A stretch of DNA of 64,000 nt from the human T2T-CHM13v2.0 reference genome, Homo sapiens. The first letter of the stretch is position 1. The number at the start of each line of letters is the position of its first letter. Of this stretch, positions 12,531 through 24,667 are shown one piece after another. Location: assembly GCF_009914755.1 (NCBI RefSeq), contig NC_060935.1. One strand, 5' to 3'. The notes beneath the pieces were generated by a model. It was not told where the DNA came from and did not search any database. It saw nothing but the letters and a program-made list of their open reading frames with translations. The position numbers and the translations under genes are program-made.

Positions 12531-12774
12531 AAATGAGGTTATGAGGTAGAGGATAACTTTTGAAAGTATGACAGTAATATGCATGACAAGGGGTGTTGTG
12601 GTTTTTAAAAAAATAAAATCAATCTCATAATTTCATAGCCACACTCAGTTCATTTCCATGAATGATGTGATTCTGGCACTTAGAGTCTGGCATGCTCTAT
12701 CTATCACTAAACTTACTATATTCTGTTTGCCAAGGACCTTGGCAGGAGCCTTTGTTCATTCTGTCTACATGGAA

Positions 12775-12990
12775 AGCCAATATAGCATCATAGTAGGAGT
12801 GTAAGATCTAGCTGTGTGACCTTGGGCAAGCTATTGTACCTCTCTGAGCCTTGGTGTCCACATTTGTAATAGGAGAGTAACAACACACTTCCTCATAATA
12901 TGTGAGCTATTACAGATGGAAGGCATTTAGAAGGGTGCCTAGCACAGAGTCAATGAACATTAAATACTCAGTGAACATTAACTAGTGTCA
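12775..12990 (+). mobile_element. MIR
   Basis: CTAGCTGTGTGACCTTGGGCAAG..CCTCTCTGAGCCT. Confidence 0.85.
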
Positions 12991-13409
12991 TTGTGTACCA
13001 GTGGTCTTGTCACTACAGGAGTTTGCTGACTCGGAAGGGGAAGATTGAAGGAAAGACGTTAAATCAGGAAATATGGGTTAAATAAAATGAAATTTCACAA
13101 GCCTTTGCATATGTTTTTATGACTGAGAAATTATTGTTAAGTTGTTATTTCTCATGGCATCCAGGGTGCTAGGTCTTTAAAGCAAGCTGTGGCCTGGCTA
13201 CAGAGGGGCCATGTAGTGTCAGGGCACACCTTCCACATGAGGACCCTGAACAAGCCAGTTCATCTAAACTTACCACAGATTTTACATAGCACTGTCACTT
13301 TGACCTTTGACAATCTAGTCAGCTGAGAGCTCAGATTTGCTGTCAGACTTCAATTCTCCCTCCCGCCTCTGCTCAGAGCAGATCTCTGCTGCTGTCAGCT
13401 GAGAGTCCG

Positions 13410-13632
13410 AGTATGGGTACTGAGCTCGGCAGTCAGACTGCTCTGAATTAAAAGCCCAGCTCTGCCACAAACCACTTCTGTTTTGGTCCTTTCTGAAGTT
13501 TTCTTCAACTGAATAATGAGTATGTTATGCCTTCCCTGCCAGTTTACCATGAGGATTAGGTGAGAATAATATACAGGAAAGCATTTTATAGAATGCCAGG
13601 CATACAGTAGGTGCTCAGTAAATGTCATTGTA
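13410..13632 (+). mobile_element. MIR
   Basis: CCCAGCTCTGCCAC..TGAGGATTAGGTGAGAATAAT..CATACAGTAGGTGCTCAGTAAATG. Confidence 0.75.
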
Positions 13633-14100
13633 TCAGTAAGGAATGTTTGATTCTAAGTAACAGAAAATCAAATCCAAACTAGCTTATACAGTGAAGAAAA
13701 ATTATTGGTTCTATAATTGGAGATCCAAGAAAAAGCTGGAATTCAGGAGTAGTTCAATTCAGTTGCCTAACCATGTCACCTAGAATTTGTTTGTCTATTC
13801 ATTTATTTGTTTCCTCTCTTTTCACCCTGCTCATCATATATTCAGTTTCTCTCTAAAGCTCTCCCTGTCTCATAGTTCCAAAATGTGAGCAGGTATCCAA
13901 GGAGAACAAAATAGGACCACACCCAGATATTTCCCCAGATGAGTTAGAAAAAGCTCTCCCAGAAACCCCCAGCAAATTTCTTTTCTTGTAGTTCAACAGC
14001 CAGAATTGGGTCATGGCCAGTCCCTGAACCAATAATGATGACCAGAAGAGAGATTATGCACATTCCCTGGTCTGAACCACAAGCCCTAGATATAGAGTCA
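13629..14100 (-). mobile_element. Old MaLR LTR (MLT1J/K/L-like)
   Basis: TGTATCAGTAAGGA..AAGTAACAGAAAATCAAATCCAAACTAGCTTA..GCCAGAATTGGGTCATGG..CCTGAACCAAT. Confidence 0.55.
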
Positions 14101-14431
14101 CATTTTTACCAGTGCAAGAACTATGTCGAGACAGAAAGATGGAAACTGAACCAAAAATCAGAGTAATTACAGAAAGAAGGGGGAATGGATATAAGGAAAA
14201 GAACTATAATGTCCACTCCTTGTTTCCCCAATCCCCAGCAGAATACAGATGAGTGGATGGACAAGTCCTCACTGAAACTTGAGACCTCAAACTTTTGATT
14301 GGATACTGGATCAATGAAGGGGGGAATGCTCAAACCACCATGTAGTGACTAAAAATATGCTTCCTAAACAATAACAGGGAATATAGCAATAATAATAATG
14401 TACATAGTTTTAAAATATTTATGCCTTTTTA

Positions 14432-14663
14432 TTTTTATTTTTATTTTTTATTTTATTTTATTATTATTATACTTTAAATTTCAGGGTACATGTGCACAAT
14501 GTGCAGGTTTGTTACATATGTATACAGGTGCCATGTTGGTGTGCTGCACCCATTAACTGGTCATTTAGCATTAGGTATATCTCCTAATGCTATCCCTCCC
14601 CCCTCCCCCCACCCCACAACAGTCCCGGGTGTGTGATGTTCCCCTTCCTGTGTCCATGTGTTC
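14432..14663 (-). mobile_element. 5'-truncated young L1 3' UTR (L1PA3/L1PA4-like)
   Basis: TATTATACTTTAA..GGGTACATGTGCACAATGTGCAGGTTTGTTAC..CCCTCCCCCCACCCCACAACAG; TSD TA(T/C)GCCTTTTTA at 14420-14431 and 14664-14675; TTTT/AA site. Confidence 0.95.
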
Positions 14664-15899
14664 TACGCCTTTTTAAAGATCAAAAATAGCTTTATTCAAA
14701 ACCACTTAAGAAGTAACTATTTGGATCTATGCTGAAGGCCAAATATCAAGTCATAGGCACACTTTTTTTTTTTTCTCTTCAATTCCTTCTGGCCCTGGGA
14801 CCTTTCTCTTTCAGTTGTTCCCTTTCTCTCTGCTTCTCCTCTTGCTTCCCTTTCTCTCTCTGTTTAGATTTTATTAGCCTCAAGTACCTGGGAAGAAATC
14901 TGGAGTGAGAGGGACAGAGGTGCCCCACAATGTGGGGCCCAAGACCTGAGTGGCCCCAAGTGAATCCTCAGCCCATTGCCCACTGCAGAGGAAAACTTAG
15001 TCTTCCCAAAAGGTTGAATGGCCGAGCCCTTCATGCCTCTGGGTTGCTAAGCAACAAACACTTCAAGTTTGGAAATCTTTATCCACACCGGATATATTAT
15101 CCTGGCAAATTGGACTTTCAGATCTGGCAGCAATGGAAAGAGTAACTTTTTTAAAAATAGAGACAATTTAGATGATTTCAAAGACATCTGGTCTCTTTTT
15201 CCAGCAATGTCTGACTCTTCTCTTTCACTAAGCATATTGGATCCAAACACTTCACATGTACAAAAGCACAAGGTCCCCGAAGAAAGAAGTGTTTCAGTCG
15301 CAAAAAGCCGACTCACAGAAAGTGCTGCCAGTTGGAAAGGCCTAGAACTGACTAAGGCAACAGCAGCAGGGCATATGTTCTAGTTTCCTCCCTCTATTTG
15401 ACCCTTCTTTTAACCTGGTTTCTTCCAAGTGCCCCTTCCCTCTCACTCTGATCCTCTCTGGTACTAATTCTCTTTCCCACCCTCTGTCTTGCATTCCCTC
15501 TTCTCCTTTCTCTTTTCCTCACTCCCACCTTTCTCCCAGCAAACTTCCATCCAGTTTTCTTTCTCTCTATCCTTCCTTCCCCAAGTTAGAGAAAACACAA
15601 GGACAAGAGTCAACACAATGACACGGGCCAGGATCCTGGGTCTTCTTCCTGCTTCTTCGGTGGGGGATGGAGTTGGTTGTTCATTCCTCCTTCACTCCTA
15701 AACAGTCCACAGGAGTGAACTTGTGGTTGAGGTAATCTCAGGGCACATTCTCCCTCCGCTGTGTCCTTTAAAAAAAAATTGAAGACAAACCCAAACACCA
15801 AATAGCTCCTCCACCTGCTTGCTAATGTCTAGAATTCCTCCAACAGAGGACATTGCATTCCAGAATTAAAGACCAAGTTTCAAACATAAATAATAAACA

Positions 15900-16125
15900 A
15901 CTCACATCTGGGCAGCTCTTAATAGTTTTGAAAACACGTCCAGCTGTTTCTCACCAATTCCCTCATTTGACCCCCACAATAATCTAGAGATGGAAGCATT
16001 ATCATTGCTATCATCTCCATTTCAAAATGAGAAACCTGAGGCTTAGTTTAAGTACCTTTTCTGAAGTTACTTAAGGTGTAACCCAGATCCATCTGACTCT
16101 AACGTCCACATTTTTCTCCATGCCA
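15900..16125 (-). mobile_element. MIR
   Basis: CTCATTTGACCCCCACAATAATC..CTCCATTTCAAAATGAGAAACCTGAGGCT..AACCCAGATCCATCTGACTC. Confidence 0.75.
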
Positions 16126-16275
16126 CTTACTTCTCCAAGAGGGAACCGTAGTGACTTGGCATGATGAGAAGCCTTCCCTAAGTTCTTCAGACCCCAGATT
16201 CCCCCTTGATCTCTACCTCTCTGAAATCCTTGACTTGTGATTATTGCTGCTGAAACCTGTCAGTGGGGTATGCTG

Positions 16276-16289
16276 CCACCAGATGGCAG
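16276..16289 (+). promoter_or_regulatory. Candidate CTCF site
   Basis: CCACCAGATGGCAG matches the core consensus CCASYAGRKGGCRS at every position; lies in non-repeat DNA. Confidence 0.55.
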
Positions 16290-16461
16290 ATGACACTCTG
16301 GTTTCATGGAGAGCTCCAGACTTTTACCATAACTAAAAATGGGAGTCAAGTGTTTTTCCATATTTTTATCTCCTTATAATCAAAATTATAGTTCACTAAA
16401 AAATAGCCAAACAGCATTCCACATCTACAAAGATGAAGATGACGTGAAGCAAAAATATATA

Positions 16462-16798
16462 CAGTTGTCCCTCGGCATTCTGGGGAATTGGTTCTAAGAC
16501 CCCCTACGAATATCAAAATCTATAGATGCTCAAGTTTCTTACATAAAATGATGTGACATTTGAATATAACCCATGCGCATCCTCCTGTATATTTTAAATC
16601 ATCTGTGGATTACTTATAATACCTAATACCATGTAAATGCTATGTAAATAATTGTTACACTGTAATGTTTAGGGAATAATGACAAGGGCAGTCTGTAGAT
16701 GTTCAATACAGACACAACTATCCATTTTTAAAAATATTTTTTATCCGTGGTTGGTTGACTCCACAGATACAGAAACTATGGATATGGAGGGCTGACTG
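16462..16798 (+). mobile_element. MER2 (TcMar-Tigger MITE)
   Basis: Ends CAGTTGTCCCTC / GAGGGCTGACTG, TA target duplication on both sides, internal match to MER2. Confidence 0.9.
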
Positions 16799-17060
16799 TA
16801 TTTAAAGGAATAAATTTACATGATATACTTATTTGATAAATTTGATAAATATATTTATTCGAGAAACATACATGATGTATTTATATACATGATATACATA
16901 CACCATATATTATATATATAATGGACCTTGACTATTAACAAGCCTAACTCATTCACAGTCTACATCAAGTTTCTGAGATATTGGCAAAGGCATTTTAGGG
17001 TTATTGCCTTCTTATCCTGGCCACTCACTTCCCTAAATACTAGCCCAACTGGAGAAGACA

Positions 17061-17250
17061 GAATGGTTCTCAAACTTTAGTGAACATCAGAATCACCCGG
17101 AGGGCTTTGTTAAAGCACACATTTCCACATCACAACTCCTGAGTTTCTGATTCAGTAGGTCTCAAGTGGGGCCTGAGAATATGCATTTCTAACAAATTCC
17201 CAGGTGATGCTGATGCCACCAATCTAGGGACCACATTTGGAAAAGCACTG
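17061..17250 (-). mobile_element. MER5A (hAT-Charlie MITE)
   Basis: TGGTTCTCAAACTTTAG..CATCAGAATCACC..GCATTTCTAACAA..GGGACCACATTTG..CACTG. Confidence 0.9.
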
Positions 17251-17524
17251 GGCTAAGGCAAGACACCCTGTTTGACTGTCGTAAGTTCCCCCTTTTCCCT
17301 TGCCTCTTACCAAGAGTGTGGAGAAGAGAGATTGAGCTCCATGGCCTCCTGGCCAGAATCTGGGGTCTTACTGTGAATGACTAACCAACAGCCTCAAATG
17401 CTGTGGCTGGCACAAATTAACTTTGGGTCACTTTCAGTACATATTTCTGCCATTCATTGCCACCTTCTGATCAGATGTTCTCTGATATCAATGCCTATCA
17501 GCAGATCATTAACTATACCGACAG

Positions 17525-17740
17525 GAAATGCTAACATCTATTAAAGCTGTCAGCACTGAGGTAAGCAATGCTTTAATTAGCTCATCTAATTGTCGTAATA
17601 ATTAATTGAGAAAGACAATATTATTAACCCCCTTTTACAGATGAGAAAACAGAGGATCAAGATTACAAACCCAGTACATTGCAGAGCCTGGACTAAATAC
17701 CAGCTTTTGTCTATCTTCAGAAGATAAGCTCTCAGCTTTT
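17525..17740 (-). mobile_element. MIR
   Basis: TATTATTAACCCCCTTTTACAGATGAGAAAACAGAGG. Confidence 0.75.
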
Positions 17741-18157
17741 AGATACTGACTCTTAAGTTTCCAATGTGGATACTAAAAGTTACATTCCTGCCTCCTCAAG
17801 TCAGTTTCTTCAGGCTCCTGTGGCTTCCGTTTTCCCAGCCTTCTCATTTTCCCTACTGGTCTCTGTCTATGCCCACCAACCAGTCAGGACATCTCATGTA
17901 GTCTCTGTCTAAATCCTCTGCCTTAGTCCACCATACTGGATGAAGAGAGGAAACATTTAGAAATGAAGGTCCCAAGGTTTCCCAGAGTCTTAGGCAGCAA
18001 AGATAAGTTTGACTGTATTCCCCAGATGATACTTTCTATGGCAGAGAAATGGAATCAGATACCTTATAATGAGCTCTAACAGATGTTATGTTGGTGAGTT
18101 GAAGCAGCATTCCTAAAAATCTGTCCCATTTAGAAACAAACTATGCAGACTTAGTAT

Positions 18158-18513
18158 GAAAGAAGAAAGAAAGAGAAAAGAGAAAAAAGGAAGGGAAGAG
18201 AGAGAGGAAGGAAGGAAGAGAGGAAGGAAGGAAGGAGGGAAGGAAGGAAGGAGGGAGGGAAGGGAAGGAAGGAAGGAGGGAAGGAAGGAGAGAAGGAAGG
18301 AGGGAAGGAAGGGAAGGAAGGAAGGAGGGAAGGAAGGAGAGAAGGAAGGAGGGAAGGAAGGGAAGAAGGAAGGAAGGAAGGAAGGAGAGAAGGAAGGAGG
18401 GAAGGAAGGGAAGAAGGAAGGAAGGAAGGAAGGAGAGAAGGAAGGAAGGAAGGAAGGAGGGGAGGGAAGGAAGAGGGAAGAAGAGAAGTAGGGAGGAAGG
18501 AAGGAAGAGGGAA
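18158..18513. repeat. Polypurine (GGAA/GGAG/GAAA)n compound microsatellite
   Basis: Unbroken purines 18158-18488; higher-order period of 48-49 bp. Confidence 0.95.
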
Positions 18514-18599
18514 ACAAAGAACTAACATAGGAGAAAACACAGCAAAAGAACAAAAGGAAATTCTTCACAATTATTTTATGTTTTATAATATCTTAATAA

Positions 18600-20200
18600 G
18601 CATATAAATTCAGGAACATAAGGGCTGAAAGACAAGACAATGAGATTAAAAAGAAAAAAGGAGATTGAGGATCTAAGGAAACAAATTGAGGACCCACACC
18701 ACATCATTACAAAACTAATGCAAAAATTAGAGATAACAAGGAACAGGTATATTCCACTGAAAATAAATTATTTACATGGATGAGAGTCTGAGATAATCAC
18801 AGTAAAGGTAGATTAAAACAAAAACATTAGAGAAAGTACAAAGAAGCTAATAGATTTTTTAAAACACCTAATAAAGAAGTATGCAAATCCAAAAGTAAAA
18901 TTTTAACAATCATCTAAATAAAGAAAAAAAATTGAATATGCAAGTTGAAAGACATACCATGTTCCAGGAAAATTTAATGCAGACAGTTCAAGATAGATAC
19001 ATACAAGTTAGTTAAATAATGGCACTTTGAACATTCATACAGTCAGGAAAAGCACATCATTATAAGGGGTTCAAATCAGGCTTGCCCTAGCCTCTCCCAC
19101 AGCAACATTTCATGCCAAAAGACAGTGTTCACAATGTCTAAGGGAAAGAAAGTGCACCCAGGATATTATGGCCATACAAGAATGGTATTAAATAAAAAAG
19201 CAATGAACTTTCTCAGACATGAAAAACCAGGAATACAGCACCCATGAGCCCTTCTTGAACAAAACTATGTGACAATAATATTCAGCCAGTTAAGAAATAA
19301 AGAAAAGAAATAAACTTAGGAATTGAAATATCATGAAAAAGCACTAGTGGTAGGTAACAAATCTATTTCCTGAATTAAACAATACCTCTCTATGAAGCCT
19401 GCTCCATCTGCCTTATTTACTATGGCAGAGTGTGCCCCACCTTTCTCCAGCATTCGTGGTCTACCTTACTTTGCTTTACTTTTGGCTTTGGTTCTAAAGA
19501 ATGGCACCCTATATTTTACTTTTTTGTTTGTTTTTTGTTTTGTTTTGTTTTGTTACCTTCTGCCCCATAGAAGTTAATCGGGGGAGCTGGGATTAAACAC
19601 TTGCATGAAATATGGAAACTATTCTAGTCATGGAGCAGAGCCTGGGAGCCATACATCTGAACAGTGTAAAAATAACAAGGTAACTAACAAGACTTAAGTT
19701 TTGTTGGGAAGGGAGCTGGAAGAAATCTGAGCACTAATGCCCTTATCTTTCACAGCCCAAACACAACTGATACTAAAATTGAACCATGTAGTTTCAGAAG
19801 AAATGATGACTGCCACCTTTTGATGTTTTAGATAATCATTTAATTAACCTGAGAAGATTTTTCAAAAAATACTATGCTACAGTAAAGAAAAATTTATTCA
19901 ACAATTTCTATAGTTTTACTTTGGTATATTTTTTTCTGTTGTATTCCAGTAAATTTAAAGTTAATACTTCATATTTTAAGATAGCATTTACAGTTATGAT
20001 CTCATTTTTATTAAAGTGTTTTTAGATACGTATGTGTATGAATACAAAAACAATAGTGATGATGTTTATTTATTCTTAAGGAGAGCTATTTCTGAGTAGT
20101 AGTATTTGGGTTAATTTTACTACATTCATGTTTCAACTTTTTTCTATTAATTATTTTTCATGAGCATAAACCTTTTTTCAAATATAGTAGAATGGTCAGT
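18600..20200 (+). mobile_element. Ancient L1 ORF1-like remnant, probably HAL1 family (fragmented)
   Basis: AAATCAGGCTTGCCC..CACAGCAACATTTCATGCCAAAAGACAGTG..GGGAAAGAAAGTG..GAATACAGCACCCATGAGCCCTTCTTGAA. Confidence 0.6.
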
Positions 20201-20374
20201 CTTTGTTTTAAAAAAAGGAAAAAAAATGACTGGGAACATATATGTCAAGATATTGATGTAGATATAGATGTGTTAGTGCACATGTTGGAAGTGATAGAAC
20301 TTGAGCCTTAACCTTCGGTTAACTTGCATTTCTTTCTGCTACCAAAACTCCCTCTTGGACTTGCAATATGAAGT

Positions 20375-20735
20375 GAAGAAAACTAACGCTAACTGGAGAA
20401 CCCACTAGGTGCTTTTCCATGAACTTTTGGTTGCCCCTAGTGTAGGAATAATTTCACTATTTTAGAGGACAAATTTGAGACTCACATAGGTTGTGATTTG
20501 CCTAGTTTTGTACAGTAGGAGAGATGATAATAATAATAATGTAGTGAGTACTCTATGGAGAATCTCTCTTGGTCCATTACAGCAGCATGTAATGCCTGTC
20601 ATTTTTATTTATTTTTAAAATGTGGTCCAGAGAGATGACTTATATTGTCAAATGTCCCACAGCTAGAAAGTGGCAGTGCCAGGACTAGAACTCAGGTCTG
20701 TCTCAGACTCAAGCCCATGCTGCTCTCTCTACTAT
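20375..20735 (-). mobile_element. Two MIR fragments
   Basis: CCCACTAGGTGC..TTTTAGAGGACAAATTTGAGACTCA; CACAGCTAGAAAGTGGCAGTGCCAGGACTAGAACTCAGGTCTG. Confidence 0.6.
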
Positions 20736-21064
20736 GCTCTCACCAGGCTGGGGAAGAGGAGTGGCCATGCTGACCACCCATAGGGTCTCAGAGTGATTGC
20801 AATTTGGCTGCTTGGACCCTGCCAGAGAGCCTCAGAATTTCAATGTATTCAGAGCTAGGAGATCTGTGGGTTGCCTCAGTCATGAATCTTCCTGTCCCCT
20901 CCTAGATGTCCCTGCTGAGCTGAACAGGCAACATGGCAGCTCTGATGATTTCCCAGGGTAGATCCAGGGCCAGTCCCCTGGGATCTCAGGCCCCATCTCA
21001 GCAAGCATTTACTAGGTGGCTCTGATACAAACACCCAGCCAAGAAATAGTCCCAAATAATGGCC

Positions 21065-21260
21065 AGGTGAGTGTAGACCATAGCTCCATCCAATGGGTGT
21101 CAGGAGATCTGGATTTCCATCCGTCTTCTGCCGTCTCTTTGTGGTGTGACCCTCAGGAAGTCACTTGATGTCTCTGAGCCTCATTTTCCTTCTCAGCAAA
21201 ATGAAAGAGTTTTACTACTGGACAGCTTTCAAAGTTCCCAGCTCAATATTTCTATGATTT
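21065..21260 (+). mobile_element. MIR (MIR3/MIRc-like)
   Basis: TGTGACCCTCAGGAAGTCACTTGATGTCTCTGAGCCTCATTTTCC..TTCTATGATT. Confidence 0.75.
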
Positions 21261-22149
21261 AGTCAGAGAATGAGGGTCTCTCTTCGTAGAATCTGGGTGG
21301 TTGGTGGCGGGGTTCTCTTTGAGAAGGTATATAGCAGCCGGGGAGGGAACCAAGTCAGCAAGGAGGAGAGGGCTGGGATTACCCCCCAGACAGAAAGGAG
21401 CAACTTCAAGGAGGTGGGCCCTCAAGGCCGTGGGAAGGGGTCTTCAACACAGACCTTTTCTTTCCTCCATCAGGTGGGTCTTGGCAGCTGGGATGCAGGC
21501 GTGCATGGACCACAGACCTTTAGGAGATTATCTGCTAATCATGGCCTGGACATGAGCACTCAAGAGGTGTTGCCTGAAGAATGAGATGCTTTTTTATGAT
21601 GCAGTAAAAGAGAGGAAATCGCCTTGGCCTCTTGCCTTGTCCTGTGCTAAGTAAGCGGGCAACCTGAGCCCAGCCTCCCATTGGCAAAGGCTCTGAGAGC
21701 TCAGAATTTCCACCAGGGGCTGCCATTTCATAAGGAGGCTGTGGGGGGTGGGGGGGCGGAGTGGGGGCAAGAGAGACAGGCCCTGTCTCCAGACATTCAG
21801 GAGAGGCCGAGGATTGCTAAAACGACACTGAAAGTTTAGAAGAGCTAGGGTCACACACTCTACATTAGCAACATTATATTCTCACAACCGGAGAGTAAAT
21901 CACTGGCCCCATTTAGGGAAAGAATTTCCCTCTAAATGCTACTATTGGAATAATCAATTATATCATCTCTGAAAAGTAGCCCATGCCCAGAACCAACTCT
22001 CCTCCCACTGACAACTCCCATTCACTTTCAGGATATCTAGTGATAATTTTCCCTCCAAAGATAAAACAGTGAGTTCTGCCAGTATTTCCCAACTGTCAGC
22101 CAGGAACTGTGTTGAGCACCTTAGCACTCGTAAGAGTTAACGCAGTGAG

Positions 22150-22368
22150 CCAACATGGATCCGGTAGCTTTACATGCATTAACTTATTTAGTCCTTACAA
22201 CAATGCAGATTCAGTCAAATAAAAAACAAAGTTAATATTGTTATTCCCCCCATTCACAGATGGGGACACCAGGTACCAGAAATATTAAGATGCTCAAGGT
22301 CATACATACAACTGGTAAGTAGCAGAGTCAGGAATCAACTTCAGGCTGGTTTATGCTTTTAGCCACCG
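22150..22368 (-). mobile_element. MIR
   Basis: TTTACATGCATTAACTTATTTAGTCCTTACAACAA..ACAGATGGGGACAC..GGTAAGTAGCAGAGTCAGGA. Confidence 0.75.
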
Positions 22369-24248
22369 CACATCTGCCTCTCATCATTTATCATTGTAAA
22401 GGTAGGTATCTTGGTTCTCCCTCCTTCCAACACCATGCTTCCTCTTAACACATGTAGGAAGACCCTTTTGCCTTTATTTCACTCTCTCCCAGGCTCCTTC
22501 CCATGGGAGGGATGGCTTATTGGTGGGTGCCATGGCAAGAATGTGAAATTCATTGGTCCATCCCCTTACAATAGATGGAGGTGATGGGTGGCTTCCCTCG
22601 GTGCTGTTGAGTCTCTGCAATTGTCAGGCTGAGGAGCTCTGTGATCCTCCATTCAAGTGGCTCCATGAGGATCTGTCCTGCAGACCCAAGCCCTCCTTCA
22701 ATCAGGCCCCATCTAGACTAGAAAGGCAGGTTTTGACTCTCATTCTGGTGCTAGTTGTGTTCACCCTCCTTCTTTGCTGATAGGACCCCCAATATTGCAT
22801 CTCAACTCCTAGGTCTATTTCTCAGAATCTGGATGGGAAAAGCAGAAACCAGTTAGCTCTGCAATGCACCAACAACTTCCATCTCAAGAGTTCAAGCCCC
22901 ATTCCTGGGCGACTCCATGAAGTCTGTCCTTCCGTCAGGTTCCCATGCCCTAGTATTCCCCAAAGGCCAAGAGAAATGTTTTTACCAATGTGTCCCGCAT
23001 GATCCCTGCTCAGCCAGCCCCTTGCTCAGGGCACTGTCCACTCCTGGGTTCAGTCCAGCTGTTTCTTAACTCCAGCCTCACACTATACAGATGCATTCTC
23101 TCCAGAGCCCTTTGCCCCCAAGTCTAGACTTTAGTTCTGACTTAATTCTTCAACACTTAGTAAGAACAGGCAGAACTAAATGTTTAGCAGAATCTTGGTG
23201 AGGAATTGAGAATAATCAGAAAACAAAACATGGATAAAGGAAAAAGAAAGAAACTTCAACTGAATACTAGGTATTATGGCTCCTAATAAGCCCCCATGAG
23301 GAAACCCTCTGGTCCCTCTTTCCTTAGACTCCCGTATCCTTGCCTGTTGCCATATTACAGGGGGCCCCCTACCACGAAGGGCCTCTGGCCATGTGCTTCT
23401 ATTTTGAAATATACCTTTCAAAACTTTTTGGGAGCTCAAAGAAAAAGGGGAAAAACTCCCCACCTCCAGTGCCCTCATCTGTCCTCCCATCAGTGTCCAA
23501 TTCACCCTCTGGCGTGCCTCACCACCCAGGCACCTCAACTGTCCTCCTGAACCAGCAAGGAGAAACAAACAAAGAACACCAATGTTTTCCGCCATGCCAG
23601 CCAATTCCCACGCTGGCAGCAGTCCAGCAAATTGTCTTCTCAGTTGGCATTTCCCAGGCAAAGCAGTTTATCTTCTCATCATCTCAACCTCACTATTTGA
23701 GAAACAGGAGCTGGGCATCACTTTTGTATAACCCAAAAGTCCATCAAAAGGCTTATCCAAGACCAAAGCGCAGACTTCCTGCAAAAATGACTACTCGTGG
23801 GAGCAATGGGAAAGATTGCTGGTAGATTTTTTTAAAGGAGTTTGTTTCTGCTACACATGATGCCAAGACACCCAAAAAGGGGCTCTCTGCTTTCTGAAGT
23901 TATCATTTTCCTCATTTTGCAGAAGAGGAATCCAAGGTTTAGACAATTTAAACAATGTATCCATGATATCCTTGCCAATAACTGTTGAAGTAGCTAATAG
24001 ACACAAAATCAGTCAGAATTCTCACCACCAAACTCTGCTTGGAAGAGACAAATCACAAGTTGCAGACTTGATGAGAGCCTGGATGAGTCCTGTCCCCTCA
24101 GGAGAGTACGGAGTAGAAGAGGTGGTGTCTGAGGGCTGTCTGATGGGGTGGCCTCCAGGACTGTGATTCTGTGCCTGTAGTGGAGTGTGTCCCTTTCACT
24201 CCTTGAAGACAAAGCCCTTCCATACCAAGATGTCCATAGTCTGCAGTT

Positions 24249-24269
24249 ATTCACCTGACTCAGGTGAAT
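24249..24269. promoter_or_regulatory. 21-bp palindrome centred on an AP-1 motif and overlapping two E-boxes
   Basis: ATTCACCTGA-C-TCAGGTGAAT; the palindrome is exact, the function is inferred. Confidence 0.5.
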
Positions 24270-24667
24270 TCTGTCCTGTTATTGGAGTCAAAGATGAAGG
24301 GCCTATGATCTCAAGTTCATCATTTTGAATTCAGAACCCATCTTTGCCAGAGAAGCCTCAAAGGCAGCTGCTGCCTAAGATTTCTAGTGCTTTTGTGCAA
24401 AATTCAATCTGTTCCCTAGGAAGAGGGACAAGGGAGAGCAAGATACAGAGCTTGATTTTTTTAAAGGAAAAATTAAGAATAAAGAGATGTTTTTGGGTGA
24501 CATAGAAAACATGGGAAACGTGGCATTTTTGCTTAGGTCCAACAAGGTGCATTTCACTCCTCACACTATTATGTCACCAGCATCTCCCACCTACACCTCT
24601 CTTGACCTCTATTCCCATCTTCCTCCCAGCCCATGAGGCACACCACTTTCCCAGCCATGTCAAACCT

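Noticed and set aside
17420-17510. Possible third copy of the 96/3085 duplicated element
   Set aside because: Only GTCACTTTCAGT and CAGATGTTC resemble it, and the spacing differs; not supportable by eye
18113-18568. ORFs of 111-151 aa (PSFL- and KEGR-rich)
   Set aside because: They are translations of the GGAA microsatellite, which lacks stop codons because of its composition
23176-23825. Two 161-aa ORFs on opposite strands
   Set aside because: No recognisable protein family, non-ATG starts and no convincing exon structure; consistent with chance
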